A DNA stretch of 64,000 bases from an uncultured Candidatus Rokubacteria bacterium (GTDB lineage Bacteria > Methylomirabilota > Methylomirabilia > Rokubacteriales > DASRDR01). The notes beneath the pieces are model-generated. The model saw only the letters and a program-made list of their open reading frames with translations. It was not told the origin of the DNA and ran no database searches. The DNA lies in contig CAVPSB010000035.1 in NCBI GenBank assembly GCA_963708025.1, positions 10,800 to 74,799 of the forward strand, read 5' to 3'. Below, in pieces: positions 50,226 to 58,840 of the stretch (positions are counted from its first letter, which is position 1; each line of letters begins with the position of its first letter). Both the position numbers and the translations under genes were made by a program.

Positions 50226-50447
50226 TTACGACGTTCGAGCTCCGACGATGACCAACACCACGCCGCCGGCAAGTGCCAAGACGCCGACGATCGGAGGCAG
50301 GGGGATGCTCTTTTCCTTGTCGACCGAGGCCTTGAACGGTCCAAGGTCGATGACCTTCTCGCGAGTCGTGTACGTGATGCCCTGGTAGGCCAGGGCGAGC
50401 ACGCCGAGAACGATCAGGGCGACACCGACGAGAGTCACGGGTTTCAC
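50226..50447 (-). CDS. small two-TM membrane protein
   Basis: 73 aa. Reads MKPVTLVGVALIVLGVLALAYQGITYTTREKVIDLGPFKASVDKEKSIPLPPIVGVLALAGGVVLVIVG. Confidence 0.75.
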   Translation of the reverse strand: MKPVTLVGVALIVLGVLALAYQGITYTTREKVIDLGPFKASVDKEKSIPLPPIVGVLALAGGVVLVIVGARTS

Positions 50448-50479
50448 GGCGCTCTCCTCCCTCTCGTGGTCATGCTTTT

Positions 50480-50761
50480 CTAGGTGCTGGTGCGGGGCGA
50501 ATCGCTTCCTGCCCTGCCCGGAGCGCCTCGCTCGACATGCTCCTTCGTGTCCTGCAAGAATTCGTCAGCCCGACGCAGGGCATCTCCGCCGCGGTCCAGC
50601 ACCTTCCCAGCCGTCTCCTCTACCGCCCGGACGCTCTCCGCTGCCCTCGTGCGCACCCCGCGCGTCTTCTCCTCCACGTACTCCTCCATCTCCCGTCCCC
50701 ACAGCCACACGACGGCTGCCCCCATGATCGCTCCCAGGACAAAGGCCCCACTGGTTCGCAT
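50480..50761 (-). CDS. YtxH-domain protein (TM helix plus coiled coil)
   Basis: ATG at 50761 follows GAGGAGG. Reads MRTSGAFVLGAIMGAAVVWLWGREMEEYVEEKTRGVRTRAAESVRAVEE. Confidence 0.7.
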   Translation of the reverse strand: MRTSGAFVLGAIMGAAVVWLWGREMEEYVEEKTRGVRTRAAESVRAVEETAGKVLDRGGDALRRADEFLQDTKEHVERGAPGRAGSDSPRTST

Positions 50762-50945
50762 CGCAGTCCTCCTCGTTTGCGATTTCAAGTTATCCCGTCG
50801 CGAACTCGGTCTGGCGTCACTTGATCCGCATGTCATTCTTGACGGACCTCACGCCCGCGACCCGCGTGCGACACGTTCTCGTCGTAAGAGCGCGACCTCG
50901 TGGGGCACCGACGTGAGCCCCACCGCACGCCTCACCGCGGCGCCG

Positions 50946-51095
50946 TCAGACGGATCGGCGGCCGGCAATGAACTGGAACAGGACGACAATAACCGCGATG
51001 ACCAGCAGTAGATGGACCAACCCGCCGGCCGTGTACGAAGTGACCAAGCCGAGCGCCCACAGCACCAGAAGAATCACAGCAATCGTCCACAGCAT
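50946..51095 (-). CDS. lmo0937-family small membrane protein
   Basis: 49 aa. AAGGAGGG precedes the ATG. Reads MLWTIAVILLVLWALGLVTSYTAGGLVHLLLVIAVIVVLFQFIAGRRSV. Confidence 0.8.
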   Translation of the reverse strand: MLWTIAVILLVLWALGLVTSYTAGGLVHLLLVIAVIVVLFQFIAGRRSV

Positions 51096-51168
51096 GGCCC
51101 CCTCCTTCTCTGTCCTCGGGTCTGTTGCAGGGCCCCCGACCGCCTGCGGAGTCAAAGTTCTCCTCTGA

Positions 51169-51183
51169 GCAACAGAGGTGCCA
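51169..51183 (-). promoter_or_regulatory. sigma-54 (RpoN) -24/-12 promoter match facing the lmo0937-family gene
   Basis: The minus strand reads CC-TGGCAC-CTCTG-TTGC-T, with all ten fixed positions of TGGCAC-N5-TTGC matched. The -12 element lies about 74 nt upstream of the ATG at 51095. Confidence 0.65.
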
Positions 51184-51527
51184 GGAAACAACATGCTAAG
51201 GATTCTGGAATCTTGGCCGAGGAACTCTGTCCTCGAGTGGGGCAGTCTCGCCTCTCTGGGGCATGGGTGCCCCACCACCCCGCGAAGCACGATGCTGGGC
51301 ACACGGACAGTGGGCTGTGCCGCCGTGCGATCCGGGTGAGCGAAATGCGACCTCCCTCTGCGGACCCCCCAGCCTGGGACCGCACTCGTTGAATGCCAGG
51401 CCATCCTCGTCGAGTACGGCCGGAATACGGCAACGGGCACGGATGTCCCACTCCGGAAGAGTCCTCCTTCGACGGGGCAGTGGACGGCTTCGAGCGGAAG
51501 CTCCCGCCTCACATTGAAAGTTCGGTT

Positions 51528-51542
51528 TGGCACCGCGCTTGC
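51528..51542 (+). promoter_or_regulatory. sigma-54 (RpoN) -24/-12 promoter match facing the cupin gene
   Basis: The plus strand reads T-TGGCAC-CGCGC-TTGC-G, about 100 nt upstream of the ATG at 51644. Confidence 0.65.
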
Positions 51543-51643
51543 GATCCGATCGCTATCGACTGAACGGCGGGTCCGATGGCAACTCTTCACCCCTGGGCAC
51601 GTCGAGGTTGGCTTCCGAGCCGAAAGACGATGAGGGGACGACA

Positions 51644-52036
51644 ATGACAGGCTACGTTGGACCGATCGAAAGCCAGACCCTGAACAACACCTACTTCCGC
51701 CGGGTATTGTTCACCGGCAAGCACGCCCAGCTCGTGGTCATGTGCCTGCAGCCGGGCGAAGAGATCGGTAGGGAGGTGCACACGAACGTCGATCAATTCT
51801 TTCGCATCGAGCAGGGTGAGGCGAAGCTTGTCTTCAACGTGAAGGAGGAACATGTCGTGCGCGATGGGGACGCAATTCTGGTCCCCGCGGGCACCTACCA
51901 TAACGTCATCAATGTGTCGAAGACGAAGCCCTTGATGCTATACACGATCTATTCTCCGCCGAACCACCCCGATGGAGCGGTGCACAAGACCAAGAATGAG
52001 GCAGCGGCGGCCGAAGCGGCGGAGCATCATTCCTAG
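51644..52036 (+). CDS. cupin-domain protein
   Basis: 130 aa. Contains LQPGEEIGREVHTNVDQFFRIEQGEAKLVFNVKEEHVVRDGDAILVPAGTYHNVIN. Confidence 0.85.
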   Translation: MTGYVGPIESQTLNNTYFRRVLFTGKHAQLVVMCLQPGEEIGREVHTNVDQFFRIEQGEAKLVFNVKEEHVVRDGDAILVPAGTYHNVINVSKTKPLMLYTIYSPPNHPDGAVHKTKNEAAAAEAAEHHS

Positions 52037-52059
52037 TCACAAGATGAAAGGGGACTTCG

Positions 52060-52212
52060 ATGCTACTACTGATTATTGTTCTGCTCCTGCTGTTCGGCGG
52101 AGGCGGCGGCTATTACGGGTATTCCAGATGGGGGAGCCGCGGGGGCCTGGGGGTAGTCGGGACGGTCCTGCTCATCTTGGTGGTCTTGTACTTGGTCGGC
52201 GCGTTGCGTTGA
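52060..52212 (+). CDS. 50-aa Gly-rich small membrane protein (DUF3309-like)
   Basis: Not in the ORF track because it is under 60 aa. AAAGGGGA precedes the ATG. Reads MLLLIIVLLLLFGGGGGYYGYSRWGSRGGLGVVGTVLLILVVLYLVGALR. Confidence 0.65.
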   Translation: MLLLIIVLLLLFGGGGGYYGYSRWGSRGGLGVVGTVLLILVVLYLVGALR

Positions 52213-52520
52213 CCTCGGAAAATAGCGGGTGCGGCTCCTCCGGGATTCCCGGGACAGCCGTCACCCCGGGCGCCAGAGTGCTCGAGCGCCCGCGCGATGG
52301 ACCTCGCGCACGACCGGGTGACGCGTTGAACTCGCCCAGGGCCGAAACCCGGCCGACGTGCGTCAGATCCTGCCGGAGTCTTGCCTCGGAGTTCCCCTGC
52401 CTCCAGGACAATAGCGATTCCGATCCGGCTAGTCCCGCCGAACACGGACGTCCTCGTTCCGTTGCCACGACCCCTCCGACCGCTGGGCGCCGCTTGACGC
52501 CGTCGGCTCCATGAACTCAG

Positions 52521-52658
52521 CTACCGGTGAAGCAGGCCGAGCGCCCCGACCACGATCAAATACGCTGCCACGATGTAGCTCAGCAACCTGGGGATAACCA
52601 AGATCAAAATGCCAGCGATTAGGGAAATCAACGGCTGGAGCGGGAGGCCCACCACCAT
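52521..52658 (-). CDS. DUF3096-like small membrane protein
   Basis: 45 aa, not in the ORF track. GGAGG lies 6 nt before the ATG. Reads MVVGLPLQPLISLIAGILILVIPRLLSYIVAAYLIVVGALGLLHR. Confidence 0.65.
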   Translation of the reverse strand: MVVGLPLQPLISLIAGILILVIPRLLSYIVAAYLIVVGALGLLHR

Positions 52659-52721
52659 GTCAACCTCCGTTCGGTGATCCGTCGTTCATAGCTCTCCGGA
52701 GCAAGCCGGCCCGCGCCGCCC

Positions 52722-52913
52722 CTACTTCTTGAGTTCGTCTACGGCCTTGTCGATCCGCTCGCCAGCCTTCTCGATTGGTCCCTTCCCGCTCAACTTGTCC
52801 AGAGCCTTGTCGAGCTTCTCACCCACCTTCTCGGCTGGCCCTTTCTCGCACCCGAGCAAGACACCACTCCCCAGCAACCCGAGGAGGACCATGCCCACGA
52901 CGAACTGGTTCAT
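52722..52913 (-). CDS. small lipoprotein with repeated Kx(L/I)DKA(L/V)D motifs
   Basis: ATG at 52913 follows AGGAGA. Reads MNQFVVGMVLLGLLGSGVLLGC (lipobox), then EKGPAEKVGEKLDKALDKLSGKGPIEKAGERIDKAVDELKK. Confidence 0.7.
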   Translation of the reverse strand: MNQFVVGMVLLGLLGSGVLLGCEKGPAEKVGEKLDKALDKLSGKGPIEKAGERIDKAVDELKK

Positions 52914-53051
52914 CACGTTTCTCCTGTTTCTCACAGCCGCAAGCGTTTGAGGACCTCGCTGGGATGTCTCCTGGTCCAGCGACGAGCTCGACCGGCGAGT
53001 CTCTCAGGGAAACCGATCGCCGGCCGCTCAGTAGCGGGTAGGCTCCCGATC

Positions 53052-53126
53052 CTAACGGAACCCGAGGTATCCCAGGACGACGAGCACGACGACCACAACT
53101 CCGATGATGTAGAAGATGTTGTTCAT
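53052..53126 (-). CDS. 24-aa hydrophobic peptide
   Basis: GAGGAAG precedes the ATG. Reads MNNIFYIIGVVVVVLVVLGYLGFR. Not in the ORF track. Confidence 0.4.
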   Translation of the reverse strand: MNNIFYIIGVVVVVLVVLGYLGFR

Positions 53127-53446
53127 GTTCTTCCTCGTCTCGTTCTGCTGTTCTGTTGATGACGAGTCGGAGCCAGAGATGGCACCGGCCCATGGCAGCA
53201 TTCCCCGAGCCGTCGCTCAGCCACTTCCGTCATCGCTTGCTCCTCCGTCCGCGCCGCTCCGAGCCCACACTTAGTTAACAACACCGCGGGTCCGCCGCCC
53301 ATTGGCCTTTGGTCCAATGAGGCCAAGCCCACCCAATGACGCAGGGCGTCACCCGGGTCTCAGCTGGCGAGACGAACGGCGCTGGCCTCGACGAGCCGAC
53401 GCTCGACCGTCCGGGCCCGAGCCGTGATGGCGGCACGGCGTCGGTT

Positions 53447-53464
53447 GGACCAAGGTCCAATAGC
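53447..53464 (+). repeat. 18-nt motif GGACCAAGGTCCAATAGC, copy 2
   Basis: Identical to 49515..49532. It is followed after 19 nt by CTAGAGT. Confidence 0.8.
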
Positions 53465-53745
53465 TGGGACGGGACCGTGTCGACTAGAGTCAGGACCATG
53501 AAGTCTGGAAGCCTCTCCCCACGCGCGCTCGAGGGGCCGAGCGTGGGTAATCGAATCGGGCAACGGGACCGGTTGACTGGCTTCGTCGGCGGCGACCTGC
53601 TGGCTTTCCATGTGCCGCCGAACTCCTGTTCAGTGTCCACGCGGGCCGGCGAGCGGCCTCGGGTGGGGCACCTGCCAGGAGAATGCGCCATCTCACTGGT
53701 CCCCGCGAATCGGGACACCGCCAGAACTCAACGGAGGGGAAGCCG

Positions 53746-53901
53746 ATGCTTACAACGATTCTCATTGTGGTCCTGATCCTCGCGCTCCTCGGGGCGCTGC
53801 CGACGTGGGGACACAGTCGGAGCTGGGGCTATGGCCCGAGTGGAGGCGTCGGCCTCCTTCTGTTGATCCTCGTCGTCCTGTTCATGACTGGCCGCATATG
53901 A
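53746..53901 (+). CDS. DUF3309-family small membrane protein
   Basis: GGAGGGGA precedes the ATG at 53746. Reads MLTTILIVVLILALLGALPTWGHSRSWGYGPSGGVGLLLLILVVLFMTGRI. Confidence 0.8.
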   Translation: MLTTILIVVLILALLGALPTWGHSRSWGYGPSGGVGLLLLILVVLFMTGRI

Positions 53902-54118
53902 GGGCAGCCGCGAGTCACAGGCTGATCCGCCGGCAACCGACGGACCAGCCTGAGCACGTCATCGAGGGCGGCGGCGTCCTGCCAGACCAGCCGCGGCCCA
54001 GCATCCGGGAGCTGGCCGGTTTCCTCGGCAATTGATCCGAATTCCGTCGCGCGCATCATCGAGGCTAACAGCCTGAGGGTCCACCTGGTTCGATGACCGA
54101 GGGGCGAGGACTCTGCGC

Positions 54119-56509
54119 GTGGGGCAGGAACCGAGGATCCCGATGACTCTCCTCGCCGAAGCCGGCGCGGCTTCCCAGGCGGCCCACGCCGAACCCGCGA
54201 GCGGAGCCGACGTGGCTCGCGAGCGGCTCCGGGCCGTCGTCGCTCGGCTGTGCGACGCCCGCTCCTCTGCGGCCGCGTGGCTCCGCGTCGCCCGGGGCCG
54301 CGTGGCCACGAGACTGACGGCCACGTCGTGGCGTCGCGCGGCCTGCTTCGCGGCGCCGCCGCTGGTTCTGCTCCTCCTGCCCGCGAGCCTGGCCTACCAC
54401 GTCTTCTTCGACCGCAGCGGGCTGCCCGACATCGAGCCCTTCATCCGCTTCAAGCCCCCGACGATCGGCGAGGTCTACGACGCCCGAGGCACGGTGCTCA
54501 TCACGCTGGCGCGGGAATACCGGCGCGTGGTGTCCTACGACGAGATCCCGACCGTCCTTCGGCACGCGATCCTCTCGGCCGAGGACAAGAACTTCTTCAC
54601 CCACTCCGGCGTCGACTACCGCGTGCTGCCCCGGGTGCTGCAGAAAGGCGCGGTGCGCTCCCTGGCCGGGTGGGGACCAGGCGAAGCGGGGTTCCGGCTA
54701 CTGTTCCGCCACGGGGGATCGACGCTCACGCAGCAGCTCGTCCGCGGCTACTTCCTCCACAACTTGACCAGCCGCGAGGGCGCCGACGTGCTGGTGCACC
54801 GCGGTCTGACGCCGCGACTCCTCACCACGGCCCTGGGTGTCCCCGCCACCAACAAGCTCCTGCGGAAGCTGGAGGAGGTCCGGCTGGCCCTCTGGCTCGA
54901 GGCGGAGATGCGGCGGCGCTACGGCTCGTCGGAGCGCGCCAAGCGCGAGATCTTCGCACGCTACGCGAGCTTCATCTACCTGGGCAACGGCCGATACGGC
55001 TTCGCCACGGGCAGCGAGTACTACTTCGGCAAGCCGCTGTCGAGCTACGGGCCGGAGGATGCGGGGAAGGCGGCGCTGCTGGCCGCGATCATGAAGTCGC
55101 CCCGGGACTACGCCCCCGTCCCCGGAGACCCGAGGCCGCTGCGCCGCCGCAACCAGATCCTGGCTCTGATGGCGCGCAACGGGCACATCCCCGAGGACCT
55201 GGCGAAGCGTGGCCAGGCCGAACCGATCCGTGTCGCAGCGCGCAGCCCGGTGAAGACCCACGCCCCCGCGGCGATCGAGCACGTCTTCCACGAGCTGAAG
55301 CGCCACGGCGGCGAGCGCTTCGGGGCCGAGGACTTGGTACACGGGCGGATCTCGGTCCGCTCCACGGTGGACGAGCGGGTCCAGGCTATCGTCAACGAGG
55401 CCTTGGAGACCGGCCTCGCCCTCTACGAGCGGCGCCACCCGGAGGCGAAGGGACTGATCCAGGGCTCGGTGGTGGTGTTGCGCAACGCCGACGGGGCGAT
55501 CCTGGCCGAGGCCGGCGGCCGGCAGGTCTACCAGGACCGTCACACCCGTTACTCCGACTACAACCGCGTCACCGGCTCGCGGCGCCAGCCGGGGTCGGCG
55601 TTCAAGCCGTTGCTCTACCTGGCGGCGTTCCGCCAGGGCCTGGACCTCGACACCACGGTGCCCGACGAGCCCATCGGCGTTCCCCTGGGCGCCAACCGCG
55701 GCGTGAAGTTCATCGCCAACTACGACAACCGGTTCAAGGGCCCGATGCCCCTCCGCCAGGCGCTGGCCGAGTCGCGCAACGCGGTGGCCGTCTGGATCGC
55801 CCGGGAGATCGGCGTGGACAAGGTGATCCGGACGGCCCGGGAGCTGGGGATCCGCACGCCGCTTCAGCCCTACGTCAGCACGGCGCTGGGGGCGTCCGAA
55901 GTCGGGCTCCTCGAGCTGGCGGGCGCCTACCGGGCGATCGCGTCGGGGGTCCTGGCCGAGCCCCACGTCATCGAGCGCGTGCACGACGCCGCCGGCGAAG
56001 TCCTCTACGAGGCGCCGCGACGCGTCCGGGAGATCGGGTCCGCGGATCTGCGCCTGATCCAGGAGGGGCTGCGGGGCGTGATCCGCCTCCCGAGCGGCAC
56101 CGCCCACGCCCTCGACGGGCGCGACTTCCCGATCCCGGTGATGGGGAAGACCGGCACCACCAGCGACTTCCGGGACGCGCTCTTTGTGGGCTCGACCTAC
56201 GGCCGGACGGGGATCACGGTGGCGGTGCGGATCGGCTTCGACGACAACCGGGAGCTGGGCGACAAGGAGACCGGTGGGCGCGCCGCGCTCCCGATCTTCC
56301 GCGAGATCATGCTCCGGGTCTACCGCGACGAGCTGGTGGGGCCGGTGCCGGAGTTCCCCCCGGCGATCGAGGACGGGATCGAAGAGTACCTCGCGACGCG
56401 GGCCGCGCTGGAGACGGGCCACGAGGAGCCTCCGCAGCCCGCCCTCGACGACGGGCTCATCGTCCCGCCTCCCACCGCCCCGCCGGTGACGGTCTCCGAC
56501 TCCCGCTGA
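54119..56509 (+). CDS. class A penicillin-binding protein (transglycosylase plus transpeptidase, PBP1A family)
   Basis: GT51 motifs RHAILSAEDKNFFTHSGVD and GGSTLTQQL. Transpeptidase motifs SAFKP, ESRN and KTGTT. The start could be the ATG at 54143. Confidence 0.9.
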   Translation: MGQEPRIPMTLLAEAGAASQAAHAEPASGADVARERLRAVVARLCDARSSAAAWLRVARGRVATRLTATSWRRAACFAAPPLVLLLLPASLAYHVFFDRSGLPDIEPFIRFKPPTIGEVYDARGTVLITLAREYRRVVSYDEIPTVLRHAILSAEDKNFFTHSGVDYRVLPRVLQKGAVRSLAGWGPGEAGFRLLFRHGGSTLTQQLVRGYFLHNLTSREGADVLVHRGLTPRLLTTALGVPATNKLLRKLEEVRLALWLEAEMRRRYGSSERAKREIFARYASFIYLGNGRYGFATGSEYYFGKPLSSYGPEDAGKAALLAAIMKSPRDYAPVPGDPRPLRRRNQILALMARNGHIPEDLAKRGQAEPIRVAARSPVKTHAPAAIEHVFHELKRHGGERFGAEDLVHGRISVRSTVDERVQAIVNEALETGLALYERRHPEAKGLIQGSVVVLRNADGAILAEAGGRQVYQDRHTRYSDYNRVTGSRRQPGSAFKPLLYLAAFRQGLDLDTTVPDEPIGVPLGANRGVKFIANYDNRFKGPMPLRQALAESRNAVAVWIAREIGVDKVIRTARELGIRTPLQPYVSTALGASEVGLLELAGAYRAIASGVLAEPHVIERVHDAAGEVLYEAPRRVREIGSADLRLIQEGLRGVIRLPSGTAHALDGRDFPIPVMGKTGTTSDFRDALFVGSTYGRTGITVAVRIGFDDNRELGDKETGGRAALPIFREIMLRVYRDELVGPVPEFPPAIEDGIEEYLATRAALETGHEEPPQPALDDGLIVPPPTAPPVTVSDSR

Positions 56510-56794
56510 TCCGGCGGGGCTGCCTCCCGCCGCCGTCGCCGGCCCTTCGCTCGCTCTGCGCCGGCGACCACCGACGCCTCGTCGCCGCGCAGGATCTGCA
56601 CGTCGCCCTGGAAGAGGCGCACCAGGATCGGCGGCTCGCCTGCCCGGAGCGCCGCCTCGACGGCGGTCGGCGTGCGGTCCCACTCGGCGATGACTACCTC
56701 CCGCCTGCCTGCGGGGCGGCTACGGACGGGAAGGGCATCGCCGCCCGGCCCGGGTGGTCGCCTGCCGGGACGGCCCGGTTCCGCCTCTGCTATC

Positions 56795-57673
56795 ATGGCC
56801 ACCATTGGGCAGGCAGCCCCGCTCATGCTGACCGATCTAGCGTCCTCCGGAGCGCTGGCCGACCACGCGCGGCTCGAGGCCGTGGCTCGCGAGTACCCGC
56901 ACGCGGAGCCCTATCCCCACGCCGTCCTCGACGACTTCCTCGACCCGGCCGTCGCCCGACAGGTGATGCGGGAATTCCCGCCGATCGATCCGTCGGCATG
57001 GATCAACTACACGCACGTCAACGAACGCAAGTACGGATGGCGCGACCGGCGGAGCTTCCCGACGACGATCGGCCAGGTCGTGGACGAGTTGAACTCGTCC
57101 CGCTTCATCTCCCGGCTCGAGCGGCTCACCGGCATCGCCGGGCTCCTCGCTGACCCGAGCCTCGAGGGGGGTGGGCTCCACCAGTCGACCCGTGGGGGCC
57201 ACCTCAACATCCACGCCGACTTCACGGGCCACCCGCACCAGCCGACGTGGCGGCGCCGGGTCAACCTCCTGATCTACTTGAACGAGGGCTGGCAGGACGA
57301 GTACGGTGGGCATCTGGAGCTGTGGAGCCGTGACATGAAGCGCTGCGTCCGCAGGATCCTGCCGATCTTCAACCGGGCCGTCATCTTCAACACCGACGGC
57401 GACGCGTTCCATGGGCACCCCGAGCCCATGGACTGTCCCGCGCACGTCACCCGGAAGTCTCTCGCACTGTATTACTTCACGGCCGAGACCAGGCCCTTCC
57501 TCGTCCGCTCCACGGAGTACCGCGCCCGCCCCGGCGACGGTCTGGGGCGTGTCGCCATCTACCTCGACAAGATGGCCCTCCGGGGCTACGACCGGGCCAA
57601 GCGCGTCCTCGGCCTGGACGACCGGTTCGCGAGCCGGCTCCTCGGACTCCTCTCGCGCTTCCGGGGCCGGTAG
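56795..57673 (+). CDS. 2OG-Fe(II) oxygenase (prolyl 4-hydroxylase-like) family protein
   Basis: Contains [19 protein letters not shown]...[11 protein letters not shown]...GGHLELW...NRAVIFNT...FHGHP. The start is ATG 56795 or 56825. Confidence 0.8.
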   Translation: MATIGQAAPLMLTDLASSGALADHARLEAVAREYPHAEPYPHAVLDDFLDPAVARQVMREFPPIDPSAWINYTHVNERKYGWRDRRSFPTTIGQVVDELNSSRFISRLERLTGIAGLLADPSLEGGGLHQSTRGGHLNIHADFTGHPHQPTWRRRVNLLIYLNEGWQDEYGGHLELWSRDMKRCVRRILPIFNRAVIFNTDGDAFHGHPEPMDCPAHVTRKSLALYYFTAETRPFLVRSTEYRARPGDGLGRVAIYLDKMALRGYDRAKRVLGLDDRFASRLLGLLSRFRGR

Positions 57674-57704
57674 GCGACCACCACGGAAGGCGGATCGCGG
57701 CGGC

Positions 57705-58466
57705 ATGGGGGCACCCGTGGGGCGCCGTCTGGTCGTCGTCATGCCGGCCTACAACGCCGAAGCCACGCTCGAGCGGACCTGGCTCGACCTCCCGCGGGAC
57801 GCGGTGCACGAGGTCATCCTGGTGGACGACGGTAGCCGTGACCGGACCGTGGAAATCGCCCGCCGGCTCGGCCTGACGGTGCTCCAGCACCCCGAGAACC
57901 GGGGGTACGGTGCCAACCAGAAGACGTGCTACCGAGCCGCGCTGGAGCGCGGAGCCGACATCGTGGCCATGATCCACCCCGACTACCAGTACGACGCGCG
58001 GCTCCTCCCGCTCCTGACGGGCTTCGTCGACTTCGGGATCTGCGACATCGTGCTCGGCTCCCGCATCCGGAGCCGAGGGGAGGCCTTGGGGGGCGGGATG
58101 CCGGCCTGGAAGTATCTCGCCAATCGCACCCTCACCATGCTGGAGAACCTGGTGCTGGGTCAGAATCTGGGGGACTTCCACTCCGGCTTCCGCGTCTACA
58201 CGCGCCGGGTCCTCGAGACAATCCCCTTCGAGGCCAACTCGGACGACTTCGTGTTCGACTCCGAGCTCCTCGCCCAGGCAGCGTGCTTCGGCTTTCGCAT
58301 CGGAGACGTCCCCGTCCCGGCCCGCTACCTGCCGGAGGCGTCCTCGATCAACTTCCGCCGGAGCGTCGTCTACGGACTCGGCATCCTGCGCGTGCTGGCC
58401 CAGTATGTCGGGCATCGCAGCGGCCTGATCCAGTCCTCGCTCTTTCGGCCGCGCCCCCCGATGTGA
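57705..58466 (+). CDS. family 2 glycosyltransferase
   Basis: Contains [16 protein letters not shown]...[13 protein letters not shown]...NRGYGANQK. Confidence 0.85.
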   Translation: MGAPVGRRLVVVMPAYNAEATLERTWLDLPRDAVHEVILVDDGSRDRTVEIARRLGLTVLQHPENRGYGANQKTCYRAALERGADIVAMIHPDYQYDARLLPLLTGFVDFGICDIVLGSRIRSRGEALGGGMPAWKYLANRTLTMLENLVLGQNLGDFHSGFRVYTRRVLETIPFEANSDDFVFDSELLAQAACFGFRIGDVPVPARYLPEASSINFRRSVVYGLGILRVLAQYVGHRSGLIQSSLFRPRPPM

Positions 58467-58503
58467 TCCTCCGGGCCTCGTCGGCACCGGTCAGATGACG
58501 CGC

Positions 58504-58695
58504 TCACTTCTCGAATCGGGCGCGCCTCCACATCGTGTCCGGAACATAGCGGTACCCCGCGGGAAGCTGGGGAAAGTCCGGCGGGGCGACGGCGCGGAGC
58601 ATCGGCTCGGTGATCACGACGCCGTCGGGATTCGGGATCCGCGTCCTGTTCGCTTCATACCACTCGTTGCTTGCCGCGAGTGGGCGGCACAGCAA
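58504..58695 (-). CDS. hypothetical; possibly a C-terminal gene fragment
   Basis: ORF of 63 aa (...NEWYEANRTRIPNPDGVVITEPMLRAVAPPDFPQLPAGYRYVPDTMWRRARFEK). No RBS or family is recognised. Confidence 0.25.
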   Translation of the reverse strand: MLCRPLAASNEWYEANRTRIPNPDGVVITEPMLRAVAPPDFPQLPAGYRYVPDTMWRRARFEK

Positions 58696-58840
58696 GCTCG
58701 CCGGGGTGGCCTACCTGGTCCTCCTCGGCCTCCAGGCGCTGCGCAGCACGCTGTCTCCCCCTTGAGGGGTAGGCGAGAACGGGGCTCTGAGTTGACTCCC
58801 CGAGCCGGCGCCTCGCCGCCGAATCGCCCGCGCGCGCGGG

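Noticed and set aside
56507-56800. A possible small minus-strand gene (VVIAEWDRTPTAVEAALRAGEPPILVRLFQGDVQILRGDE...) between the PBP and oxygenase genes.
   Set aside because: The ORF (56320..56826) has no convincing start or RBS, runs 190 nt into the PBP coding region, and matches no family I recognise. It cannot be separated from a shadow ORF without a homology search.
58680-58765. A LysE/RhtB-like fragment (KLAGVAYLVLLGLQALRS) on the plus strand.
   Set aside because: Only about 20 residues resemble the family, and the match overlaps the alternative minus-strand ORF 58504..58695. This is too short to call.
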